Positions 25,147-33,854 of a stretch of DNA of 64,000 bases are shown piece by piece. The notes below the pieces were generated by a model. The model was not told the origin of the DNA, ran no database searches, and saw only the letters and a list, made by a program, of their open reading frames with translations. The position numbers and the translations under genes were made by a program. Each line of letters begins with the position of its first letter. The stretch's first letter is position 1. This DNA is from Gammaproteobacteria bacterium (lineage in GTDB: Bacteria > Pseudomonadota > Gammaproteobacteria > Steroidobacterales > Steroidobacteraceae): positions 3,812 to 67,811 of the forward strand of contig CANGOP010000015.1 of assembly GCA_947455595.1 (NCBI GenBank). Direction: 5' to 3'.

Positions 25147-25643
25147 GCGAGACCGACGCGGTGCTGCTCATCGGGGCGACCGGTGTGGAGCCGATCGCCG
25201 CGCTGCTGCGGCGCTGTGGCTTGGATCTGCAGCGTGTTGCTGAGGATCAGCCAATTCCCGGTAGTTATTGGGGTGAGCCCGAGGCGGGACTTCTGGGTGC
25301 GACGGTCTATGTGCGCAACGACACACCGGTGCACTCAGCGTTGCACGAAGCTTGTCATACGATGTGTATGACGGCAGAGCGACGCGCGCGCCTTGTGACC
25401 GATGCCGGTGGCGACTTTGATGAAGAGAATGCCGTCTGTTATCTGCAGATCTGTTTGGCCGCACAATTGCCGGATGTGGGTGCTGATCGGCTCATGACGG
25501 ATATGGATCGTTGGGGCTACACCTTTCGTCTGGGCTCAACGCAGGCATGGTTTGAGGCAGAAACGGCCGGTGAGCGCGCGTGGTTGCAGCGGCACGGTCT
25601 CTTGGATGCGTCGGGCCTTCCCACTTACCAGGTACGGACATGA
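25143..25643 (+). CDS. Hypothetical cytoplasmic protein with HExxH and paired Cys motifs
   Basis: 166 aa, no signal peptide. HEACH at ...VHSALHEACHTMCM..., plus CHTMC and CYLQIC. GTGA overlap with lptE and ATGA overlap with the next gene. Confidence 0.6.
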
Positions 25644-26512
25644 ACTCAGTTCTGCGATCGCTGCGACGTCTGGCTCTCCTCTGCGTCGGTCTAGCGGTGT
25701 TGGCCGGCTGCACCGCGGGCAATCTCTTGCGGCTGGCGAGCAGCGCGGACCTAATCAATCCCGCCGTACGGGTCGACCATGACCTTTCGTATGGCGCATT
25801 GCCGCGCCAGCGCTTCGACGTCTACCGACCCACGCGCGTTGCCGATCATCCGCGGCCGGTGGTGGTGTTCGTGCATGGGGGTAGCTGGAACTGGGGTTCC
25901 AAAGATCAATACCGTTTTGTGGGTGCTGCGCTCGCTGAGCGTGGCGCGGTGGTCGCGGTGATTAATTACCGGTTACATCCCGACGCCCATTTGCCCGAGT
26001 CGCTCGATGATGTGGCCGCGGCGGTGGCCACGGTCGAGCAGCAAGCGTCGCGCCTCGGTGGTGATCCGACGCGCGTGTACCTCATGGGGCACTCTGCGGG
26101 CGCTGAGTTGGCCGCCTTGATCGCGCTGGACCCGAAACGGCTGGAAGCGCGCGGCGCGCGACCGGTGCAGGGCTTTGTGGGGCTCGCCGGTCCTTATGAC
26201 TTCACGATCACCGATGATTACCTCAAAGAGTATTTCGGGCCGCCGGAACATTTCCCGGCCTCACAACCGGTGAATTCCGTGGGCCCATCGAGTGCGGCGT
26301 CGTTGTTGGTGCAGGGCTTGAAAGATACGACCGTCTGGCCGCGCAATGCCGAAGCTTTGGCTGTACGGCTGCGCGCCAGTGGCGTACCCGTCGAGACCGT
26401 GATGCTGGATGACGATGACCATTCGACCGTGTTGAAACGCCTCGCGCGTCCGTACCGGCGCGATGATCTTGTCCTTGCGAAGGTCGTCGCGTTTATCGGC
26501 GCCGCGCAGTGA
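25640..26512 (+). CDS. Alpha/beta hydrolase (esterase/lipase-type) lipoprotein
   Basis: Lipobox LAGC, oxyanion HGGSW, nucleophile elbow GHSAGA. ATG 25640 overlaps the upstream stop. Confidence 0.8.
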   Translation: MNSVLRSLRRLALLCVGLAVLAGCTAGNLLRLASSADLINPAVRVDHDLSYGALPRQRFDVYRPTRVADHPRPVVVFVHGGSWNWGSKDQYRFVGAALAERGAVVAVINYRLHPDAHLPESLDDVAAAVATVEQQASRLGGDPTRVYLMGHSAGAELAALIALDPKRLEARGARPVQGFVGLAGPYDFTITDDYLKEYFGPPEHFPASQPVNSVGPSSAASLLVQGLKDTTVWPRNAEALAVRLRASGVPVETVMLDDDDHSTVLKRLARPYRRDDLVLAKVVAFIGAAQ

Positions 26513-27342
26513 GACGGAGTCGTCTCCTCGGCTGTCTGTGTCTCTTTCTGGCCCCGGCTTGGGCCGCGCCGCCGATGCGTATCGTGACGCTGGCGCCACA
26601 TCTGACTGAACTGGTGTTCGCTGCCGGCGCTGGTGAGCGCATCGTAGGCACGCTCGATACCAGTGACTATCCGGCGGCGGCCCGGCGTATCCCACGGGTC
26701 GGGGACTCGCAGCATTTGGATGCCGAGCGACTGCTCGCATTGAAGCCAGACCTCGTGCTGGTCTGGGCCGATGGTCAGCCGGCCGCTGAGCGCGCACTCA
26801 TTGAGCGGCTGCAACTACCGATCTTGGCGCTCGAGCAGCATCACCTGGACGATGTGCCGGCGGATCTTGAGCGCTTGGGGCAACTCTTTGGTACTCAGTC
26901 GGTGGCAGCGCCGGAAGCGGCGCGTCTGCGCGCGGCGCTCGAAGCATTACGCGCCCGCTATGCCCACGCGCGCCACTTACGCGTGTTCTGGCAGGTCTGG
27001 AGCGCGCCGTTGTATACGCTGGGTGGCCAACACGTCGCCACCGAAATGCTCCGGATCTGTGGCGCGGACAATGTGTTTGCCGAACAGACCCAAAGCGCGG
27101 TCGCGGTCGATGAAGAAGCGGTGCTGGCACGGCAACCGGATGCCTTGGTGTTGACCGGGTCAGCGACCGAGACTGCCGACTGGTTACAGCGTTGGAACAG
27201 CCGTGTTGCGCCCACAGCGCTGCGCACCGGCGCGGTGGTGACGGTCGATCCGGATCTCGTGACGCGCATGGGTCCCCGTATCGTGGAAGGGACCCGGGAG
27301 TTGTGCGAGCGACTCGCCGTCATCCGGGCGCGCCACCCCTAA
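26509..27342 (+). CDS. btuF: Periplasmic cobalamin-binding protein BtuF-like
   Basis: 277 aa with signal peptide. Colinear with E. coli BtuF by eye (RIVTLAPHLTELVFAAGAG, LLALKPDLVLVW, GPRIVEG). GTGA overlap with the upstream gene. Confidence 0.75.
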   Translation: MRRSRLLGCLCLFLAPAWAAPPMRIVTLAPHLTELVFAAGAGERIVGTLDTSDYPAAARRIPRVGDSQHLDAERLLALKPDLVLVWADGQPAAERALIERLQLPILALEQHHLDDVPADLERLGQLFGTQSVAAPEAARLRAALEALRARYAHARHLRVFWQVWSAPLYTLGGQHVATEMLRICGADNVFAEQTQSAVAVDEEAVLARQPDALVLTGSATETADWLQRWNSRVAPTALRTGAVVTVDPDLVTRMGPRIVEGTRELCERLAVIRARHP

Positions 27343-27411
27343 AGCCTGTGCTTGCCGTGTCCCACCGGGGGTGTGAGACTCCCGTTCCTCAATCGGTTTA
27401 AGAGGTTTGCC

Positions 27412-28977
27412 ATGTTCCGAGCGTCCGCCTGGTTGATACTGAGCCTTGGCTTCACGGCGCCGTGGGCGCTGGCCGATGCCCCGCCGCTCGCGTCCGCGAC
27501 GACAGCGCCCACCGATGAGGTGTCAAAGTCGAGTGGGCAGATCACGGTTGCCGGCAAAGCACTGGGCTATCAGGCGGAAGCCGGTCTCTTGATGGTGCAC
27601 GTCAAGGATCCGATCGAAGCGGACCCCGTGCCTGCCGGTGAGAAGGCGCCGCCGGTACCCGCCTCAGCCTCGATGTCCTATGTGGCGTACTTCCTTGGCA
27701 AAGAGCCGGATGCGCGTCGTCCGATCACGTTCATTTACAACGGTGGACCGGGCTCGGCAACGATCTGGCTGCACATGGGCGCGTTTGGTCCCAAGCGAGC
27801 AGTAGCCGCGGACGGCGCACACGGCCCGGCGGCACCGTATCGGCTGGTCGACAATGCGTACACGCTCTTGGCGGATTCGGATCTCGTCTTTATTGACGCC
27901 CCGTATACCGGCTTTGGCTTTTTGCGGGGCGCTGATAAGGAAAAAGCCTTCCTCGGTATCGACGAGGACGGCCGTGCCTTCACGAATTTCATCATGAAGT
28001 TCCTCTCGACCCATGGGCGGTGGAATTCGCCGAAATTCTTGTTCGGTGAGAGTTACGGCACGACCCGCTCGGCGGTGCTGTCGAACATGCTGACGCAGCG
28101 GGCGGTGGAGTTGAACGGCGTCATTCTGCTCTCACAGATTCTGTCGTTCGACAACAGCGCGGATGGCCCCGAGATGAACCCCGGCGTGGATCAGCCCTAT
28201 GCGTTGGCCTTGCCGTCCTATGCGGCGACGGCGTGGTACCACCACAAGCTTCCGAACCGTCCGGACGCGTTGGAACCGTTCTTGGCCGAGGTAGAGCGTT
28301 TCGCGTTGGATGAGTACTTGCCTGCCTTGCAGGCTGGCCGTTCCCTGTCGAGCGAGCGTCGCCGTGCGATTGTGGCGAAATTGCATGACTACACCGGCAT
28401 TGCGCCGGCGTACTTGGAGAAGGCCAACTTGCGCCTTAACGTCGGCATGTTCGATCAACAGGTGCTCGGTGACACCATCACCGGGCGCTTGGATACGCGC
28501 TACACGGGCCCTGTGATGGATCCGGTGGGTCGCGAGGCCACCTACGACCCGATGATCGCCTCGATCGCAGCGCCCTACGTGGCGCTGTTCAACGACTACG
28601 TGCGTCGTGAGCTGCACTTCGGAGAGGGGCGCACCTACAAGTACATGGGCGGTCTGCCGTCCTGGGATTCGCAGCACTCGCCGCCGGGTGCCGGTGAGAA
28701 GTTGCCACAGACGGCGAACGTCATGCCAGACCTGGCTGCCGCGATGAAGCAGAACCCGAACCTGAAAGTGCAGATGCACGGCGGCTACTACGACCTCGCG
28801 ACGCCTTATTTCAGTGCGAAGTACGAGCTCAACCATCTGCCGATTCCGGACGCGCTGGCCGGCAACTTATCGATGCACTTTTATCCGACCGGTCACATGG
28901 TCTACCTGAACGAGCCATCGCTCGCTGCGCTCTCGCAGAGTACGGCAGCGTTCATCCGGGCAAACTCGGCACGCTGA
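27412..28977 (+). CDS. Secreted S10-family serine carboxypeptidase-like protein
   Basis: Signal peptide, FIYNGGPGSATIW and GESYGT serine motif typical of peptidase S10. RBS AAGAGG before ATG 27412. Confidence 0.8.
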   Translation: MFRASAWLILSLGFTAPWALADAPPLASATTAPTDEVSKSSGQITVAGKALGYQAEAGLLMVHVKDPIEADPVPAGEKAPPVPASASMSYVAYFLGKEPDARRPITFIYNGGPGSATIWLHMGAFGPKRAVAADGAHGPAAPYRLVDNAYTLLADSDLVFIDAPYTGFGFLRGADKEKAFLGIDEDGRAFTNFIMKFLSTHGRWNSPKFLFGESYGTTRSAVLSNMLTQRAVELNGVILLSQILSFDNSADGPEMNPGVDQPYALALPSYAATAWYHHKLPNRPDALEPFLAEVERFALDEYLPALQAGRSLSSERRRAIVAKLHDYTGIAPAYLEKANLRLNVGMFDQQVLGDTITGRLDTRYTGPVMDPVGREATYDPMIASIAAPYVALFNDYVRRELHFGEGRTYKYMGGLPSWDSQHSPPGAGEKLPQTANVMPDLAAAMKQNPNLKVQMHGGYYDLATPYFSAKYELNHLPIPDALAGNLSMHFYPTGHMVYLNEPSLAALSQSTAAFIRANSAR

Positions 28978-29990
28978 TGCGACTCGTCCCGGAAACCCTG
29001 GCGCACGCATTGAATGGGCCACCGGTCGGCGCCTGGCTCGTGGCCGGCGACGAGCCGTTGCTGGTCGGGGAGGCGTGCGATGCTATCCGCGCCAAAGCGC
29101 GCGCAGCGGGTTTCTTGGGGCGGGAAGTGCACTTCGTCGAGCGCGGATTCGACTGGGGTGAACTCAACGCCTCACTGCGGGCGATGTCGCTGTTCGCCGA
29201 ACAGCGCATCGTCGAAGTGCGCTTGATGAGTCCCAAGCCGGGCGTCGATGGCGCAAAGGCGCTCACAGCGGCCGTCGATGATCCCTCGCCGGACATACTG
29301 CTGCTCGTGATCACCGACAAGATTGAGTACAGCGATCGCTCAAACTCCTGGGTGCAGGCGTTTGAGAAGCGCGGCCACTGCGTGGATGCCGAGCAGCTGC
29401 AGTCGGAGCAGCTACCCGGCTGGCTCGAAGGTCGCATGCGCCGGATCGGACTCGAACCGGAACCTGATGCCGTTCAACTGCTCGCTGAGCGTTGCGAGGG
29501 CAATCTCGTCGCAGCGCATCAGGAAATCGAATTGCTCCGCTTACTGAACGGGCCCGGTCCGGTGTCGGCGGACCTGGTGGCCGACTCCGTGGCCAACAGT
29601 GCTCGCTATCACGTCTTCCAGCTCAGCGAGGCGCTGTTGGCGGGTGATACCGCGCGCACGGTGCGCATTTTGGATGGCCTCGCGGCAGACGGGGACAGCG
29701 TGCCGCTCGTCCTGTGGTGTATTGCGGAGGAAATCCGCTCGGTGCTGCAGTGGACGGGGGCCAATACGGGCTATCAAGGCCCGATGCGATTGAAGCGAGG
29801 CGGACGACGCCGGACAACGCTCTTGGCGCGCGCCGCGCAGCGAGTGCCGAGGCCGTTGGCGCTCGAGTTGCTGACAGCCGCGGCGCGGGCGGATGGGCTC
29901 GCCAAGGGCGGTGGCAAGGGTGAGGCCTGGGGCGAAGTCACGCGCATCGCCACGGAATTTTGCATCGCGCGCCGAAATCGGTCAGGCTGA
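28977..29990 (+). CDS. holA: DNA polymerase III subunit delta
   Basis: 337 aa, N-terminus ...GAWLVAGDEPLLVGEACDAIR typical of delta. Precedes nadD. TGATG junction with the upstream gene. Confidence 0.88.
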   Translation: MRLVPETLAHALNGPPVGAWLVAGDEPLLVGEACDAIRAKARAAGFLGREVHFVERGFDWGELNASLRAMSLFAEQRIVEVRLMSPKPGVDGAKALTAAVDDPSPDILLLVITDKIEYSDRSNSWVQAFEKRGHCVDAEQLQSEQLPGWLEGRMRRIGLEPEPDAVQLLAERCEGNLVAAHQEIELLRLLNGPGPVSADLVADSVANSARYHVFQLSEALLAGDTARTVRILDGLAADGDSVPLVLWCIAEEIRSVLQWTGANTGYQGPMRLKRGGRRRTTLLARAAQRVPRPLALELLTAAARADGLAKGGGKGEAWGEVTRIATEFCIARRNRSG

Positions 29991-29995
29991 GTCCG

Positions 29996-30694
29996 ATGTC
30001 GACTTTGCCTGCTACTAGCGTGCCCACCGCGGGCGCACCGTCTGGGCCGATGGGTATCTTTGGCGGTACCTTTGATCCGATCCACTACGGACATCTGCGG
30101 ACGGCCTACGAACTGCTCGAAACTCTGCGTTTGCCGGAGATCCGGTTCATGCCGGCGGGCAGTCCACCGCACCGCTCCGGGACCTTTGCCGATAACGAGC
30201 AGCGTCTCGAGATGGTGCGCGCTGCGGTGTCCGGGCAGCCGGGTTTTACGGTCGATGATCGCGAGATCCGCAAAGCCGGTCCGTCATACTCGGTGGAAAC
30301 GCTGGCGGATTTGCGCAGCGAGTTTCCGGATCGACCGCTGTGCCTGATCATCGGTATGGACGCCTTCCTGGGATTGCCGAAATGGCACCGGTGGCGGGAC
30401 CTCCTGACGCTTGGGCACCTCGTCGTTGCACATCGCCCGGGTTGGAATGCGCCGACGCTCGGCCCATTGGGGGAGCTGTTGGTCGATCACGGCACCGGGA
30501 CGGTGCGCGAATTGCATGAACAGATCGCCGGGCGGATCTATATCCACGCGGTGACCCAGCTGGAAATTTCATCGACGGATGTCCGAGCGCTGATCAGCGC
30601 CGGCCGAGACCCCCGCTACCTCATGCCGGAAGGTGTGCGGCGTATCATTCTGGATTCGGGCTGTTATGCCCGGAAGGACGTGGGACGAGGATGA
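29996..30694 (+). CDS. nadD: Nicotinate-nucleotide adenylyltransferase
   Basis: GIFGGTFDPIHYGHL nucleotidyltransferase motif. The start could be further downstream. Confidence 0.9.
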   Translation: MSTLPATSVPTAGAPSGPMGIFGGTFDPIHYGHLRTAYELLETLRLPEIRFMPAGSPPHRSGTFADNEQRLEMVRAAVSGQPGFTVDDREIRKAGPSYSVETLADLRSEFPDRPLCLIIGMDAFLGLPKWHRWRDLLTLGHLVVAHRPGWNAPTLGPLGELLVDHGTGTVRELHEQIAGRIYIHAVTQLEISSTDVRALISAGRDPRYLMPEGVRRIILDSGCYARKDVGRG

Positions 30695-31221
30695 CTGCCG
30701 AGAAACCCGCCAAGAAAAAGGCCGCCACTAAGACCCGGACCAAAGCGCCAGCCAAGCGCGCGGCACGTCCGGCCGCCAAAAAGACTGCCCGTAAGTCCGC
30801 CAGTAAGGCCGCTGTGAAGGCGCCTGCGGCCGCGCCGAAGGCGAAAGCCAAGGCCAAGTCAAAGGCCAAAGCGCCCGTACCCCGCGGTCTTGCCGAAGTG
30901 GTGACGGCTGCGCTCGACGAAATGAAGGGCCAGAACATCACCGTGCTCGATGTCCGCGGCGTCACCTCCGTGGCCGATACGATCGTGATCGCGTCTGGCA
31001 CCTCGGATCGTCATGTGAAGTCGTTGGCCACGCGTGTCCAAGAGCGTGCCCGTGAAGCCGGTCAGCGTCCGCTCGGCGTTGAAGGCGAGCGTGACGGCGA
31101 GTGGGTCCTCGTGGATCTAGGCGACGTCATCGTGCATGTGATGTTGCCGCGGGTACGCGAGTTCTACGCGCTCGAAAAGCTCTGGGACGTACGCACCTCG
31201 GAGCGCGGCTCGGCCGACTGA
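30691..31221 (+). CDS. rsfS: Ribosomal silencing factor RsfS with Lys/Ala/Pro-rich N-terminal extension
   Basis: C-terminal ~108 aa align by eye to E. coli RsfS (LDEMKGQNITVLDVRG...IVIASGTSDRHV...DLGDVIVHVM...LEKLW). ATGA overlap with nadD. An alternative GTG start at 30898 would remove the extension. Confidence 0.85.
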   Translation: MTAEKPAKKKAATKTRTKAPAKRAARPAAKKTARKSASKAAVKAPAAAPKAKAKAKSKAKAPVPRGLAEVVTAALDEMKGQNITVLDVRGVTSVADTIVIASGTSDRHVKSLATRVQERAREAGQRPLGVEGERDGEWVLVDLGDVIVHVMLPRVREFYALEKLWDVRTSERGSAD

Positions 31222-31225
31222 GGGT

Positions 31226-31696
31226 ATGCGACTCAAGCTTGTGGCCGCCGGTACCCGGCTGCCGGCGTGGATTGAAGCCGGCTATCAGGAGTATGCGCGG
31301 CGGCTCACGGCGGAGGCACCCATCGAGTTGGTCGAGGTGGCCGTTCCGCGGGGGATGGCGCAGGGGTCGCAGGAGCGGGCGACTCAGAAAGAGGGCGAGA
31401 AAATGCTTGCCGCCATCCCGAAATCCGCATGGGTTGTGGCACTCGATGTCACGGGACGCAGCCTCGATACGCCTGCGCTGTCCCGGTGGTGGGCCACCCG
31501 TCAGCGGGACGGTCGGGACGTGGTGTTTCTGATCGGTGGACCGGATGGGTTGGCCGAACCGGTGTTGGAACGTGCCGATGAGCGCATGTCATTGTCAGCG
31601 CTGACTTTTCCGCACGGGCTGGTGCGAATTTTGCTCGCCGAACAGCTGTACCGAGCGATCAGCCTACTCAAAGGGCACCCGTACCACCGGGAATGA
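31226..31696 (+). CDS. rlmH: 23S rRNA (pseudouridine1915-N3)-methyltransferase
   Basis: 156 aa SPOUT protein, ...VFLIGGPDGL...LSLSALTFPH... Confidence 0.95.
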   Translation: MRLKLVAAGTRLPAWIEAGYQEYARRLTAEAPIELVEVAVPRGMAQGSQERATQKEGEKMLAAIPKSAWVVALDVTGRSLDTPALSRWWATRQRDGRDVVFLIGGPDGLAEPVLERADERMSLSALTFPHGLVRILLAEQLYRAISLLKGHPYHRE

Positions 31697-31793
31697 GCGT
31701 CGCGTCGGCATCCGCAGACTGGTCTGACCCTGCGGGAAGTGAAGGGGCGCGTTATGCTGCAAGGCCTGACGAGCTGTGGATGATGACGCGCCT

Positions 31794-32384
31794 ATGACCC
31801 CGGTTCTGATGCTTGCCTCTGCCTCGCCTCGCCGCACCGAACTATTGGCTCAGCTCGGCGTCCCTCACTGTGTGCGGGCGGCCGATGTCAATGAAGACGC
31901 CGTGTCTTCAGAAGCCCCTAGGGACTACGTGCAACGGGTCACGGCCGCGAAGGCTGCGGCCGGCTGGGCGTTCTCCGAGGGTCTGCCGGTACTGGCGGCG
32001 GATACGGCCGTGGTGCTCGGTACGGAACTCTTCGGCAAGCCGCGTGATCAGAGGGACGGACTGGCCATGTTGGCCGCGTTGTCGGGTCGCACCCATCGCG
32101 TCCTTACGGCCATTGCGCTGCAGACGCGGGCGGGGTTGACCACGGCGTTATCGGACACACAGGTGACGTTTCGAGTGATTCCTGCCGACGAACAACTGCG
32201 TTACTGGAGCACTGGTGAACCGCTGGGCAAGGCCGGCGGCTACGCTGTGCAGGGATTTGCCGCTGCGTTTATTACGCGCCTCGAGGGCAGCTATACCGGC
32301 GTGATGGGCTTACCGCTCGCTGAGACTGCAAGTCTACTCGCGGCTGCGGGGATTCCGCTTTGGCAGACAGGAGCGACCGCTTGA
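31794..32384 (+). CDS. maf: Maf-like nucleoside triphosphate pyrophosphatase
   Basis: LMLASASPRRTELLAQLGV N-terminus. Precedes rng as in E. coli (yhdE-rng). Confidence 0.85.
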   Translation: MTPVLMLASASPRRTELLAQLGVPHCVRAADVNEDAVSSEAPRDYVQRVTAAKAAAGWAFSEGLPVLAADTAVVLGTELFGKPRDQRDGLAMLAALSGRTHRVLTAIALQTRAGLTTALSDTQVTFRVIPADEQLRYWSTGEPLGKAGGYAVQGFAAAFITRLEGSYTGVMGLPLAETASLLAAAGIPLWQTGATA

Positions 32385-33847
32385 CCGCTGAAATCTTGGT
32401 CAACGTGACCCCACGCGAGAGCCGCGCTGCGTTTCTTGAAAACGGCGTGTTGCAGGAAGTGTATATCGAGCGCGCGAATCGCCGCGGTATCACCGGCAAT
32501 ATCTACAAGGGGCGTGTCTCGCGCGTGCTGCCGGGCATGCAGGCGGCGTTTATTGACGTCGGTCTTGAACGCACTGCCTTTTTACACGTGTCCGATATCG
32601 CACGGCGCGACGACGTCGGCGCCGTGTTCGAAACGCCGGCGGCCGATGACATTCGCGCGGCAGTTGCGGAAGGCGACGAGTTGCTTGTGCAGGTCCTGAA
32701 AGATCCGCTGGGCACGAAAGGCGCGCGCCTGACGACGTTCATCACGTTGCCATCACGTTATCTCGTCTACATGCCACAAGGGCGGGGTGTGGGCGTGTCG
32801 GCGCGTATCGAGGATGAAGCGGAACGCACTCGGTTGCGGACCGCGCTCGAGACATTGGCGGCCGAACACCCTGGCGGCTACATCGTGCGAACGGTCGCTG
32901 AAGGTGTGGATGCTGAGGCCTTGCGGGCTGACATGCTGTTCTTGCGTCGACTCTGGGCTGTGGTCTCGGAAGCGGGATTTCGGGCTCCCTCCGGTGGCCT
33001 CGTCCACGAGGACCTGCCACTCGATGTGCGGATGCTGCGGGATCTGCTCGGGCGTGGCGTTGAGCGCGTGCAGGTCGATGCGCCTTTCGCCTATGACCGA
33101 ATGCTCGAGTTTGCGCGCACGTTCATGCCGGACAGTCTCGAGAAGATTGAGTTGTATCGCGGTAATCGTCCCATTCTCGATCTTTATGGTGTCGAGGATG
33201 AGATCCAGAAGTCGCTGGATCGCAAGGTCGCACTGAAGTCCGGCGGCTACATCATCATCGATCAGACAGAAGCGATGACCACGATCGATGTGAACACGGG
33301 CGCTTTCGTCGGGCATCGCAACCTGGAAGACACGATTTTCCGTACGAATCTCGAGGCAGCCGTGGCCATTGCCCGTCAGCTGCGACTGCGTAATCTCGGC
33401 GGCATTATCATCATCGATTTCATCGATATGACCGATGAGGACCATCGTCGGCAGGTGTTGCAGGCGCTGGAGAAGAGCTTGTCTATCGACCACGCACGTA
33501 CTCAGATCTCATCGGTCTCGCCTTTGGGTCTCGTCGAGATGACGCGCAAGCGAACCCGCGAGAGCTTGGAGCATTTGTTGTGTCAACCGTGTCCGACCTG
33601 CGAAGGGCGGCGCTTCGTGAAGACGGCGGAAACTGTCGTGTATGAAATCTTTCGCGAAACGTTGCGTCAGTCGCGTCAGTTTGAGGTGCAGGGATTGATG
33701 GTGTTGGCGCATCAGGATGTGATTGAACTCTTGTTGGATGAGGAGTCGGCCGCATTGGGTGAACTGGAAGTGCTCGTCGGCAAGCCGATTCGCTTGCAAA
33801 CGGAAGCGCTGTATTCGGAAGACCAGTACGACGTCGTGCTCCTCTAG
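32381..33847 (+). CDS. rng: Ribonuclease G
   Basis: TTG start gives (M)TAEILVNVTPRESRAAFLENG, matching the E. coli RNase G N-terminus and length. RBS CAGGAG upstream. Confidence 0.93.
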   Translation: MTAEILVNVTPRESRAAFLENGVLQEVYIERANRRGITGNIYKGRVSRVLPGMQAAFIDVGLERTAFLHVSDIARRDDVGAVFETPAADDIRAAVAEGDELLVQVLKDPLGTKGARLTTFITLPSRYLVYMPQGRGVGVSARIEDEAERTRLRTALETLAAEHPGGYIVRTVAEGVDAEALRADMLFLRRLWAVVSEAGFRAPSGGLVHEDLPLDVRMLRDLLGRGVERVQVDAPFAYDRMLEFARTFMPDSLEKIELYRGNRPILDLYGVEDEIQKSLDRKVALKSGGYIIIDQTEAMTTIDVNTGAFVGHRNLEDTIFRTNLEAAVAIARQLRLRNLGGIIIIDFIDMTDEDHRRQVLQALEKSLSIDHARTQISSVSPLGLVEMTRKRTRESLEHLLCQPCPTCEGRRFVKTAETVVYEIFRETLRQSRQFEVQGLMVLAHQDVIELLLDEESAALGELEVLVGKPIRLQTEALYSEDQYDVVLL

Positions 33848-33854
33848 GCCCCGC

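Noticed and set aside
33723-33854. 5' extensions of track ORFs. Examples: yhdP from 33723, djlA from 47045, pepP from 55669, purE to 43377, rplM from 50720, ybeZ from 16821, and the aminotransferase from 20692.
   Set aside because: The extensions overlap the preceding gene or its antisense strand and encode non-homologous Arg/Cys-rich sequence. Internal ATG, GTG or TTG starts with an RBS or a stop/start overlap reproduce the expected N-termini and lengths.
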